Shown here piece by piece: positions 19,913-29,207 of a stretch of DNA of 64,000 nt. The stretch's first letter is position 1; the number at the start of each line of letters is the position of its first letter. The position numbers and the translations under genes were made by a program. The notes below the pieces were generated by a model. It had not been told where the DNA came from. It saw only the letters and a program-made list of their open reading frames with translations, and did no database searches. Source of the stretch: Candidatus Poribacteria bacterium (GTDB lineage: Bacteria; Poribacteria; WGA-4E; WGA-3G); the NCBI GenBank assembly GCA_965214095.1, contig OZ243938.1, positions 5,142,210 through 5,206,209 on the forward strand. Direction: 5' to 3'.

Positions 19913-21622
19913 TCATATATTTTCACTTTGCCTTAGGATCACTTTGATGTCCTCTTGTAATGTAATATCAGTGTTCTGTTCAAACGCTTCAATGCTACCG
20001 AAATCGTCCTTGAATTTCTTAGCAACTTCTATCCCATTAGTTTCTGCGGATTTAAAGTTGTTCTCGGCTTCTTTCCAACGTTTTGATTTTAACAAAACAG
20101 TGCCTCGATAGTAATAGGCATTACCGTCACTTGGATTAAGTTGTATGGCTCTGCCAAGGTCTTCAAGGGCTTCTTTCGAGTCGTCATTCTTCTGGTGTAT
20201 TAAACCTCGGTTGATATAGGAACTAGTATCATCCGGATCCTTTTCTAATGCTTCGGTATAATTATCTATTGCCCCATCAAAATCACCCTTACCAAAACTT
20301 GCAATGCCGAGGTCTATATATGCTTCAGTGAGGTCTGGATCAAGTTTCGTTGCCTTGGTGCTTTTGTCAATTGCAAGGTCTAAGTCTCCACTGTTCAGAT
20401 AGGCGTTCCCGAGTTGATTGTAAGCATCAGCATAGGCAGGATCAAGTTCTGTTGCATGGGCATAGTCTTCTATTGCCTTGTCAATATCACCCTTCCCATA
20501 GTGGATTAGACCTCGGTGGACATAAGTCTTAGCAAGATCTTGTTTTAGTCGTTTCGCTTTGCTGGGAAGATTTTCAGATTCAGTATCTATCATCTCCTTC
20601 TTCATGTCAATTGCCTTGTTAAAGTCTTTTATTGCTAAGTCTACAACATTTTGACTGGAATCTTCTTCATCTAAATAGGCGATGCCGCGATGGTGATGTG
20701 CCCAGAAGAGAATATCTATATCTGCGTCTTGTTCACCTGGTGGAGGGGATATAACTCTTGTATAGCAACTGATTGCTTCTAATCGCTCTCCCTTTTGATG
20801 TGCCTTAATACCTTGCTGTAGATAACCTTCGGCATCAGGTTTAAACTCCTGTTTACTTTGGACATGTAATCTTGCGAAACCATCAGCATCAGGATAGATC
20901 GTTGCGTCAGTAAGACCAACGACTTTATCTAAGGTTCTCAGTAGGTCTTCTTTACCGTCCTTTTTGATGACACATTCATCTGCGGGTTCAATTTTAGCAC
21001 CACCGAAGATGAACACTGATTGCTGAGCAATAATACGATTGTTCTGACGTTTCGGTTGCCATTGGTAAAGCGGATATCTGTTATTATTGTCCACCTTAAA
21101 GAAGTGTTCAATCTTCTTATCTTCTAACAAATCGGAAGTAATTGTTCTGTATCGTGATGGATCGTCAACACGAACTGCATAGACTTTTCCATCTACTTCT
21201 TCCTTTTCGTCGTTTGTGTTCTCAACACCAAGATTGTTCTCATTGTTTAAGTCTTCTTCTTTGGTGGTGGTTTGTTCACAAGCGAACCAAAGTGCAACGA
21301 GTGCGTTACTGGTGAAATCTATTAGACAAGTGGCTGCACGAAAGTGTTGTAGTTCTGATAATAACGGCAGATCGGAAAGCCGCTCTCTGCTCAATTGATC
21401 GTGTCCCAGAAGACGAGCTTTCTCTATCAATTCCTGATTAATTTTGAGAAGTCTGACAGGATTATTCCTGCCAGTATTTGGTAGACGGCGACTGGCAGAT
21501 GGCTCAATTTTGTATGTCTTATCTGGCACACCACGGAATAGATATTGACCGTCGTTGAATTGTTCTGCCCATTTCAGAAAACCGCCGAGTGTTCTAACCC
21601 GACCTGGCACTTTTTTCGCCAT
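19913..21622 (-). CDS. FRG-domain protein with TPR repeats
   Basis: LFRGV, LQHFRAATCLIDFT, ALWFAC and RIIAQQSVF motifs, then TPRs. Confidence 0.88.
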   Translation of the reverse strand: MAKKVPGRVRTLGGFLKWAEQFNDGQYLFRGVPDKTYKIEPSASRRLPNTGRNNPVRLLKINQELIEKARLLGHDQLSRERLSDLPLLSELQHFRAATCLIDFTSNALVALWFACEQTTTKEEDLNNENNLGVENTNDEKEEVDGKVYAVRVDDPSRYRTITSDLLEDKKIEHFFKVDNNNRYPLYQWQPKRQNNRIIAQQSVFIFGGAKIEPADECVIKKDGKEDLLRTLDKVVGLTDATIYPDADGFARLHVQSKQEFKPDAEGYLQQGIKAHQKGERLEAISCYTRVISPPPGEQDADIDILFWAHHHRGIAYLDEEDSSQNVVDLAIKDFNKAIDMKKEMIDTESENLPSKAKRLKQDLAKTYVHRGLIHYGKGDIDKAIEDYAHATELDPAYADAYNQLGNAYLNSGDLDLAIDKSTKATKLDPDLTEAYIDLGIASFGKGDFDGAIDNYTEALEKDPDDTSSYINRGLIHQKNDDSKEALEDLGRAIQLNPSDGNAYYYRGTVLLKSKRWKEAENNFKSAETNGIEVAKKFKDDFGSIEAFEQNTDITLQEDIKVILRQSENI

Positions 21623-21970
21623 TTACCCATTCTCTCCTTTATGTTAATGATACCACAGGTTTCCATTTAATTGCCATAAAATGTTACAAATCAAGTGTGT
21701 AAAGTTTTTGACATGAACCACTTTACACACCCTTCAGACTAATAGAAATACAAACACATAATGAAATTAACGTTAGTGAATAATATTGAACAAAAATCCT
21801 AAAACTAAATATCCTGCTTCAGATATTACAAATTTGACAAAATTAACCCTTTAATGCCATAATTGCGTCACCTTAAGTAACACAGAGTGATTTGATCTAA
21901 CGCATTTTCGTTTAACAGTGACTTCGGTGTAAACTACCTACTCATTACACACCGAAAGGAGGAAATGTAA

Positions 21971-23134
21971 ATGGACACTAACGATACACCAACTGCGGAA
22001 ACCTATCGTGCAAACGCATTTGCAGATTTCAATCCAGAACATTCAGCACCGGGTGCAACACCAGAACGATTAGAACACTTGAAGGAACACGGGTTTGTCA
22101 TTATCAATGACTTTGTTGACAACCCTTGGATTCCGAAACTACGGGAGGCAGGACGGCGTGTCACCGAAGCATGTGCACCTGAAAACAAATATGATGTAAT
22201 TGACTGCTCAAAAGGGTATGTCCATCGGACAGGACAAGAACAACCGTGGGCAATTCGCGGGATTATACATCCTGCTTTTGAAGAACCCAGCTTTAATGAA
22301 TTTCACGGTTCTACTGATTTCTTAGATTTTGTCGCATCTTGGTGTGATGGACTTCAACCGGAAGACCTTACGTTTAGAGGCACGCTACTATGGGCAAATC
22401 CACGCACACACGAGAATAAACTCGGTTGGCACAGAGATGTAACGTGGTGGGGAACAGGAAAAGCATACTTCGCACAACGTGAAGTGCGAGGGGACGGACC
22501 TGAAGCATATTCTGAAGAGGTTGAGAGGATCCGTTGGAAAGAAATTCAGGAAAATAACGCTAAGAACCTCAAAGAACGTAATGGCGTGAGTATGTTTTTG
22601 GCTTTGGCTGATGACGAATGTCATGAGCTTGTTCCCGGCAGTCATGACCGATGGAGAACTCCGTTTGAACATGATGTGCTGCTGCCGAAAAACATGAAAG
22701 ATGCAGGTATACCGTATACACCCAGTTGGAATGGCAGTGACCCATTACCCAGTCAAGTAGCAATTCGCCTAAAGGCAGGGGAAGCATTGATTCGAAACGG
22801 AGCAACAATACATACGGGACATACCGTTCCTGAACGCGAACGCAATACCTTGTCTATCGGATGGTCAAAATGGTCAGGAGAATCTGAAGACGAACCTTCA
22901 GTGACAGATGTACGGCATGCATGGCAACTTGATCCAGCAGTCAGAGAATCATTGCCACACAAATGGATGCAGACTGCATGGGACCGCTGGGCAGCAACCC
23001 AAAAACTCGGTGATACACTTGAAGATCGTTATACAGGTTATGACATCAATCACATTAAATCTGGCATGGTACTCGGTTGGCGGGGAGAACTGGAACAGCA
23101 AGCAGCTGCAGCTGCGACTGAGGACTCTGAATAA
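21971..23134 (+). CDS. Phytanoyl-CoA dioxygenase (PhyH)-like Fe(II)/2OG oxygenase
   Basis: Motifs GFVII, WHRD, LVPGSH and LKAGE...TIHTG. AGGAGG RBS. Confidence 0.8.
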   Translation: MDTNDTPTAETYRANAFADFNPEHSAPGATPERLEHLKEHGFVIINDFVDNPWIPKLREAGRRVTEACAPENKYDVIDCSKGYVHRTGQEQPWAIRGIIHPAFEEPSFNEFHGSTDFLDFVASWCDGLQPEDLTFRGTLLWANPRTHENKLGWHRDVTWWGTGKAYFAQREVRGDGPEAYSEEVERIRWKEIQENNAKNLKERNGVSMFLALADDECHELVPGSHDRWRTPFEHDVLLPKNMKDAGIPYTPSWNGSDPLPSQVAIRLKAGEALIRNGATIHTGHTVPERERNTLSIGWSKWSGESEDEPSVTDVRHAWQLDPAVRESLPHKWMQTAWDRWAATQKLGDTLEDRYTGYDINHIKSGMVLGWRGELEQQAAAAATEDSE

Positions 23135-23166
23135 TACCATCACATTCGTCTGAAGGGAACGATATT

Positions 23167-23396
23167 CATAGATGTCAATTTAGCGTCCTTCCCGTGCCGG
23201 TAGGTTCGGTTTCCTAACCGAACCATGGGCGTCAATTTAGCGTCCTTCCAAGTGCCGGTAGGTTCGGTTTCCTAACCGAACCGGGTTTGCGTCAAACTCT
23301 TTGATAGAGGGTTCCCGCGGCAGATCCGGTTCGGTTTCCTAACCGAACCTACCGGTCTGGGATTATAGCGAAATTCCCCTCAAATTGATGCCTATG
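23167..23396. mobile_element. Nested or rearranged MITE family A (two left ends, one right end)
   Basis: Left TIRs at 23167 and 23224, right TIR ending at 23396. The second left TIR directly follows the 20-bp REP hairpin at 23204-23223. Confidence 0.75.
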
Positions 23397-23418
23397 GGAC
23401 AAAAACGATATAAACTCA

Positions 23419-24516
23419 TCACTTTATCACTGGGACTTTACGCCATCCTTGTCCCTGTGTGAACTCTCGCACACTCAAACACCATATCACAACTCGTTTT
23501 CCTTTCATATTATCGCGCCTACGAAACAGATTCAATCGTGATGGTGTTGCGCCAGAACCACGAACCGCTACTACATCAGCAGAAAATCCGAGTTGATGTG
23601 CAAGATGGTCTGGTAAACCTGACGATTGCGCATGCATGTCTCCACCCAGATGAAAAACAAGATTATGGCTGTCTCCTAATAGAACAATTGGACTCTCACG
23701 CCATGATGTGCCGAACGGTTTAGTATCTGCAATTGATTTAGCATCCTCTTTGACATAACTCAGTTGTAATTGTTCCTTTGGCATTTCCTTATGACCGAGT
23801 TCTTTCCAAAGATCTCCTGTGATTTCAATAGTTCGTGTTTCAATTGTCCCTTTACGTTTTGGAATTGCGTCAATCCAAGACGGTTTTCCTATCCTTTTCG
23901 CAATCGCCTTCGCTGCAAGAACACACGCAAAGCTTGACCAGTGCGTATCCTGCTTGCAAAATAGATCACCAGCATCGGTGTAACGATTCTGAAGAAAAAG
24001 ATCGGTTAGATCCAATACGTTTACACCATGTTCCCGTAAAATGTCATAGAAATCAATATGATGTTTGTCAGTGCGTATCGTCTTACTATAATCAGAAATC
24101 AACTCAGGATAAATGGTAGCCTTTGCAGGAATCGGAACGAAAATCAAATCTATCCCAACAGTATCCAATTGTGCTTTAAAATCAAGAATTGCTGGGAGTG
24201 GATCCGCATACTCAAGATTTGATGCTTGACTAACATCCTTCGCAGCGTCTCCCCAAAATTGTCCAACAAGTAAATGTCGTAACTCAGGAATAAAAAACAA
24301 CCAGTCCTGCTTACCTGTTACCACTGAAGTGTTTTGTTCCTGTGCGTGATTCACTTTTTCAGTTAACGATTGCCAAAATATATCATGTCCAACTAATTCG
24401 GTTTCACATTCAATCAATTCGCATGTGAACAGAAAAAGTGAAAGAATCAACATCAGCAATCTACTTGCATTTGAAATTATCACGGTAATTCTCCCCAAAA
24501 GAGATCCAATAACCAT
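23419..24516 (-). CDS. AlgJ/AlgX-like SGNH O-acetyltransferase
   Basis: Motifs GKQDWLF, P.KATIYPE, DTHW and LLGDS. Start codon uncertain. Confidence 0.8.
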   Translation of the reverse strand: MVIGSLLGRITVIISNASRLLMLILSLFLFTCELIECETELVGHDIFWQSLTEKVNHAQEQNTSVVTGKQDWLFFIPELRHLLVGQFWGDAAKDVSQASNLEYADPLPAILDFKAQLDTVGIDLIFVPIPAKATIYPELISDYSKTIRTDKHHIDFYDILREHGVNVLDLTDLFLQNRYTDAGDLFCKQDTHWSSFACVLAAKAIAKRIGKPSWIDAIPKRKGTIETRTIEITGDLWKELGHKEMPKEQLQLSYVKEDAKSIADTKPFGTSWRESPIVLLGDSHNLVFHLGGDMHAQSSGLPDHLAHQLGFSADVVAVRGSGATPSRLNLFRRRDNMKGKRVVIWCLSVREFTQGQGWRKVPVIK

Positions 24517-26054
24517 GTCTCTTCATTCTCCAATTCTATACGATTGTAGCTTTCGTATTCAGTTTGTACGGATGCCCAAGATCGCAGTCGTAACTCCACC
24601 CGCTGTCCGATTTTAAGGGATGTCGCTTCTGTCCATCTATTCTTACGCATACCCCACATAAACACAATCAGTTCATCTGGAAGTTCAGACGTATCTGAAG
24701 GTTCAATATGAAGAGCAATTAGACATTCAGTATATGGCACACTACCCGGAGAAGGCGGATCTGTTTTGTCTTTGATAGTAGCATTCACGATGATCTCATT
24801 GTTAACCTCGGTCGTTTCTACCTGTTTACCCTCTGGTTTCGAATGTATTTCAGGGATCTGTAGTAGTTTCCAGTCACCTGAGAATAGTTCACGCGCCGCA
24901 AATTGATATACGACCACACGTTTCCCCATGAGACGTTCCGGTTCCTTTACAAGCGTTTGCCGAGTTGTGAGTGAACCACCATCATTGACGACAATCTTAT
25001 CTACCGGACGGGAAAGTTCTGCACTGAGATGTTCAACGAAACCGGCTGATTTACCCCATCCCATCTCCGCAAGTGAATAGATATTACTGAAACTATCACC
25101 GAGAAAAAGTATCTCTGCATTACGATCTGGTTTCCATGTTTCACCTGACTGAGTCTGGATTACATGTGTTGTGACATGCTCCTTTGGAAACAATGCTTGG
25201 TTCTTACGAAGATTCAGCATTTTAGCGATGTCACCTATATTTATGACTTCAGTTGCCGTTTTGGTGTAAATAGCGTTAGGGTTATTGACGAATTCCACAT
25301 TTTCGGATATGAAAGCTGCAAGCTGTTTTGCCACATCTTCCATTGTTTCTGGCTTCCAATGCGTATCTGTTCTAAGATACTGAGCATTCTGTTGAGAAGC
25401 ATCAAAAATATATGATGTTGGGTCATATACCAGAATATCATGAGAAGAGAGATTTGCAACTATTTCCGAATATGCTGGATTATAGATAGGTGAAGACAAG
25501 TTTTGGAATCGTTCAGAAAACTTATCTGAGTGGATAGAAGGTTTAACAGGTGTGGGCATTACAATCAGTTTGATGTTGCGTTCTGCTAACTGCCGTTTAA
25601 AATCTACAATCGCTTCAACTGCATTACCAGAGGAAGTTGTTTTGTCAGGCAAATTAAAATTAGTACTAATATTCGCTATTAGTGAGTCAATATCAGCACG
25701 GTAGAACAACCAACCATCACGACCTACATAAGCCTGTTCATTTCCTGTTCGAAATAGACTCGTCAAGAATGTCTGAACATTGGGTAACAACCAATTCGTA
25801 AGTACGGATTCATTTTCTAATGTATCCTCAAATTCTTGAAAGGATTCACGTTTTAGATCAGAAATTACCCCGACTGTGCGAAAAACCTGTGGTAACTTAC
25901 CCCGACTAATTTCGGATACAATCTGACAGAAAGGCACTGAAAGCAGCACAACACCAAAGACTATTAGTACAAATATGCACACGTCTCTCTTCACATTCGT
26001 GCTGCCAAGGTCTTTTATGGCTGTTTCTCTGCGGTGTTCTGCTAAGTTTCGCAT
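24480..26054 (-). CDS. AlgJ/AlgX-like SGNH O-acetyltransferase with extra C-terminal domain
   Basis: N-terminal TM helix, then GRDGWLFY, RTDTHW and LGDSFS. Confidence 0.82.
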   Translation of the reverse strand: MRNLAEHRRETAIKDLGSTNVKRDVCIFVLIVFGVVLLSVPFCQIVSEISRGKLPQVFRTVGVISDLKRESFQEFEDTLENESVLTNWLLPNVQTFLTSLFRTGNEQAYVGRDGWLFYRADIDSLIANISTNFNLPDKTTSSGNAVEAIVDFKRQLAERNIKLIVMPTPVKPSIHSDKFSERFQNLSSPIYNPAYSEIVANLSSHDILVYDPTSYIFDASQQNAQYLRTDTHWKPETMEDVAKQLAAFISENVEFVNNPNAIYTKTATEVINIGDIAKMLNLRKNQALFPKEHVTTHVIQTQSGETWKPDRNAEILFLGDSFSNIYSLAEMGWGKSAGFVEHLSAELSRPVDKIVVNDGGSLTTRQTLVKEPERLMGKRVVVYQFAARELFSGDWKLLQIPEIHSKPEGKQVETTEVNNEIIVNATIKDKTDPPSPGSVPYTECLIALHIEPSDTSELPDELIVFMWGMRKNRWTEATSLKIGQRVELRLRSWASVQTEYESYNRIELENEETWLLDLFWGELP

Positions 26055-26056
26055 AT

Positions 26057-27460
26057 CTAAAATATGAAATAGATGAACGGATTATAAGCTTGTGTTGACA
26101 TAATTGCAAGAGAGATTAACAATAGTAGGATACACACACCCATTCGGATAGGAGTTAATCGTTGTGTCCAATCCCACGTCTGTGGAAAACACCATACGAC
26201 AATTCCTGCGATACACATTGTCAAAATGTAATAAGGTTGATATATTATTCCAGCAATCAGATTCGTAGATGCATGTATATTAGCACTGCTAAACATACAT
26301 TTCAAGAAGTTAAGCACATGCGGAATATCACTACACCTGAAAAAAACCCAAGTGATAAGGACAAGCAGGAATGTCAGTCCAATTCGTAATTGTCTTGGTA
26401 GCGATTCATAGTAGCTTGACTTCCCTCGATTTCTTTCTATTGCAAGCATCCCACCATGAATTCCACCCCAGATGACAAAATTCCATGAAGCACCGTGCCA
26501 TAATCCCCCAAACAACATTACAAGTGCTAAGTTGATATAAGTTCGCCTACTACCCAGACGGTTTCCGCCAAGTGGAATATAGAGATAGTCGCGTAACCAA
26601 CTTGATAGTGAAATGTGCCATGTCCGCCAAAAGTCTGTAATAGATTCTGAACGATAAGGAGAATCAAAGTTCTTAGGAAACGTAAACCCCAACATCAACC
26701 CTAATCCTATCGCCATGTCAGAATAACCGCTGAAGTCAAAATAAATTTGAAAGGCGTAGGCGATTGTTCCATACCACGCATCAAGTGTGCTGACCACCCC
26801 TGCGTCAAACACTGTGTCCGCACATTTACCACAAGGGTTGGCTAACAATATCTTCTTTGCCATACCCAGCGAGAAGAATGCAATCCCGCGTGCAAACTTT
26901 TCTAATGTGTGCGTTCTTTGTTTGAGTTGATCCGAGATTTCTGAAAAACGGATTATAGGACCAGCAACAAGTTGCGGGAACATTGACACATAGCAAGCAA
27001 AATCAATGAAATTGCGAATCGGCTTTGCATCACTACGATACACATCTATCGTATAACTCATCGACTGGAAGGTGTAGAAACTGATACCGAGAGGCAGTGT
27101 GACTTGAAGAACGGTTTCCCATATCGGCATTCCTAACCAATCCAGAAGTGTGTTAAAGTTGGATATGCCAAAGTTGAAATACTTGAAAAAACCTAATAGT
27201 GATAGATTTGAACAGATAGAAATTATTAGGGCAACTTTTCGATTACGGTGATTTTCGCTGCCAGAGATGACACGGCCACATGAATAGTCAACCACCGTTG
27301 AGGCAAACATCAACAACACAAATGGTGGATTTGCCCAACCGTAGAATAGATAACTTAGGAGTGTGAGTCCAAAATGTTTCGCTTTACGTGGCAGTAGGAA
27401 ATAACTAAGTAATGCAATCGGAAGGAAATAGTAGACGAAGATATGAGAACTAAAAACCAT
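26057..27460 (-). CDS. algI: MBOAT O-acyltransferase (AlgI/PatA family)
   Basis: Motifs MVFSS..F, LPLGISFYTFQ, FPQLVAGPI, YFDFSGYSDMAIG, WHISLSSWLRDYLYIPLGG and GLWHGA. Confidence 0.92.
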   Translation of the reverse strand: MVFSSHIFVYYFLPIALLSYFLLPRKAKHFGLTLLSYLFYGWANPPFVLLMFASTVVDYSCGRVISGSENHRNRKVALIISICSNLSLLGFFKYFNFGISNFNTLLDWLGMPIWETVLQVTLPLGISFYTFQSMSYTIDVYRSDAKPIRNFIDFACYVSMFPQLVAGPIIRFSEISDQLKQRTHTLEKFARGIAFFSLGMAKKILLANPCGKCADTVFDAGVVSTLDAWYGTIAYAFQIYFDFSGYSDMAIGLGLMLGFTFPKNFDSPYRSESITDFWRTWHISLSSWLRDYLYIPLGGNRLGSRRTYINLALVMLFGGLWHGASWNFVIWGGIHGGMLAIERNRGKSSYYESLPRQLRIGLTFLLVLITWVFFRCSDIPHVLNFLKCMFSSANIHASTNLIAGIIYQPYYILTMCIAGIVVWCFPQTWDWTQRLTPIRMGVCILLLLISLAIMSTQAYNPFIYFIF

Positions 27461-27484
27461 AGCAAATTCTGTTGTAGATTATCA

Positions 27485-29188
27485 TCACTTACGACGTTTT
27501 TTAGTATTAAGTAGCCTAACTTTTTCAAGTTCTTGTGTCAACTTTGTTGCACCGTGCGCGTTCAGATGGTCAAGGTCTTTGAACATTTCAGATGTAAAAT
27601 CGTGGTTTCCACCCTTGATAAAGTCAACGAAAACAAGATTGGGAAATCGTTTCTCTAAGTTTCGTAATTCTTTAACCAATTCACGATACCCTTTCTGTGT
27701 TGTGCCATCATCATCCACAACTGCTTCTCCCCGCATGATAGGATGGAAAGGGGACAGATATAGCAACACCTGAATGTCACGTTCCTTTAATGAAGTAATC
27801 ATCGCTTTAAGTCGGTTCCACCTTTTTTCAGATATTTCCCATTCTTCATCAAAATCGTCCTTTTCAGGATCTTGCCAGACTTCGTTTTTATATTCCCAAC
27901 CCCATGGACGTTCAGACCAATACACACCCACATAAGGGATAGCAGAGATTTCATCTGTTGTCTTTTTCTTATCATTGTCATCGGATGGTCTCCAGAGAGT
28001 TTTAGCATGTTTCTGATCAAATTCAAACCCATCGCTTCTTCGCAACACTCTATCGGAAGATTTTTCAAAATGGCGATTAACCACACGCGGGGACATCTGA
28101 TAAACCACCCACTCTAAGTTAGGAAGTTTCAACAGATATTCATCTACAACAAGTTTCTGTACCTCTAATGAACCCCCTGAAATCGCGAGATTGTATGCGA
28201 CAGGCGTCTTTTGATTTTCCTTACCGTAGAATAAACCGGTCCTTACTCCACATTCACAACGTGAGTCCCCCAAAGCAACAAGTTTGAGTTGACCCTTCAA
28301 TTGCCAAAAGACAGGCATCTTTTCGGAGAGAATGGAATCGTAATCAAACCTATCATCTATAGAACGGTCTTCAAGTATTTTTTGTCCAAAATCGTGATAG
28401 AGTGGTATGTCCAAGTCTAACTCAAGTGTATCACTTGTATAAATACTTTCAAGTTCTTTGAATTGTTGATATGGATAAAGTTCTAATGTCCGTGAAGTTC
28501 CAATTTTGGCTTCCCCAATTGATTGCGGTTGGTTATCATATATTGCCCAATGTGCAACACGAAGTTTCTTTCCTTTGAACTCACCATCAAGCCGTTTCTT
28601 GAGTTTATATTCATAAAATACGAGTGCTTCCCGATATGGAGATATATCATCAAGAGTCGGCAGTTTAGATTTCGCAACTAACTCTACTCTAAGTTCAATA
28701 GGATCACTCATGTCTATATCTATCAAAGTGCCATCTTGTGCAATCTCAAGTTCGATCTCTACACCCATATTGTCAACTTCAATATCAAAAAAATCGGTTT
28801 TGCCAAGTTCTGATTTCCGTTCTATATCGTCAATTTCCAAGGTTCCAACGTGCCGACGAACTGTATCTTGAACAGGTTTGGGAAGTTCAGAAAAAGAAAT
28901 TTCCTCAGTTATATCTCTCTGCTTGAATGTGCCATCTTCCATAATCTCTAATTCAATTCTAATTCTATCATTTTCCGCTTCTACATCATATTCAATCTCA
29001 CCGTCATCTTCATCTCTGTCAATATCGTCGATTGGAACGTCCCCGATTTCTTTCAGGACGATTTTCTGTATGGATTTTGGTAGCTCATCAAATTCTATGT
29101 CTTCAGAAAATCCATAGTAACTGATGAAAACGAAGCATAGTAAAATACAAAATAGTCGTTGTTTTGTATGGAAACGATTTTTCATCAT
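27485..29188 (-). CDS. Secreted protein: PepSY/BLIP-like repeats, uncharacterised middle domain, SGNH-like C-terminal domain
   Basis: Signal peptide and two ELP..VQ..V...I.DI.R repeats. ALGDS and DLDHLN.HGA motifs in the C-terminal part. Confidence 0.7.
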   Translation of the reverse strand: MMKNRFHTKQRLFCILLCFVFISYYGFSEDIEFDELPKSIQKIVLKEIGDVPIDDIDRDEDDGEIEYDVEAENDRIRIELEIMEDGTFKQRDITEEISFSELPKPVQDTVRRHVGTLEIDDIERKSELGKTDFFDIEVDNMGVEIELEIAQDGTLIDIDMSDPIELRVELVAKSKLPTLDDISPYREALVFYEYKLKKRLDGEFKGKKLRVAHWAIYDNQPQSIGEAKIGTSRTLELYPYQQFKELESIYTSDTLELDLDIPLYHDFGQKILEDRSIDDRFDYDSILSEKMPVFWQLKGQLKLVALGDSRCECGVRTGLFYGKENQKTPVAYNLAISGGSLEVQKLVVDEYLLKLPNLEWVVYQMSPRVVNRHFEKSSDRVLRRSDGFEFDQKHAKTLWRPSDDNDKKKTTDEISAIPYVGVYWSERPWGWEYKNEVWQDPEKDDFDEEWEISEKRWNRLKAMITSLKERDIQVLLYLSPFHPIMRGEAVVDDDGTTQKGYRELVKELRNLEKRFPNLVFVDFIKGGNHDFTSEMFKDLDHLNAHGATKLTQELEKVRLLNTKKRRK

Positions 29189-29207
29189 AACGAAATTCCT
29201 ATGATTG

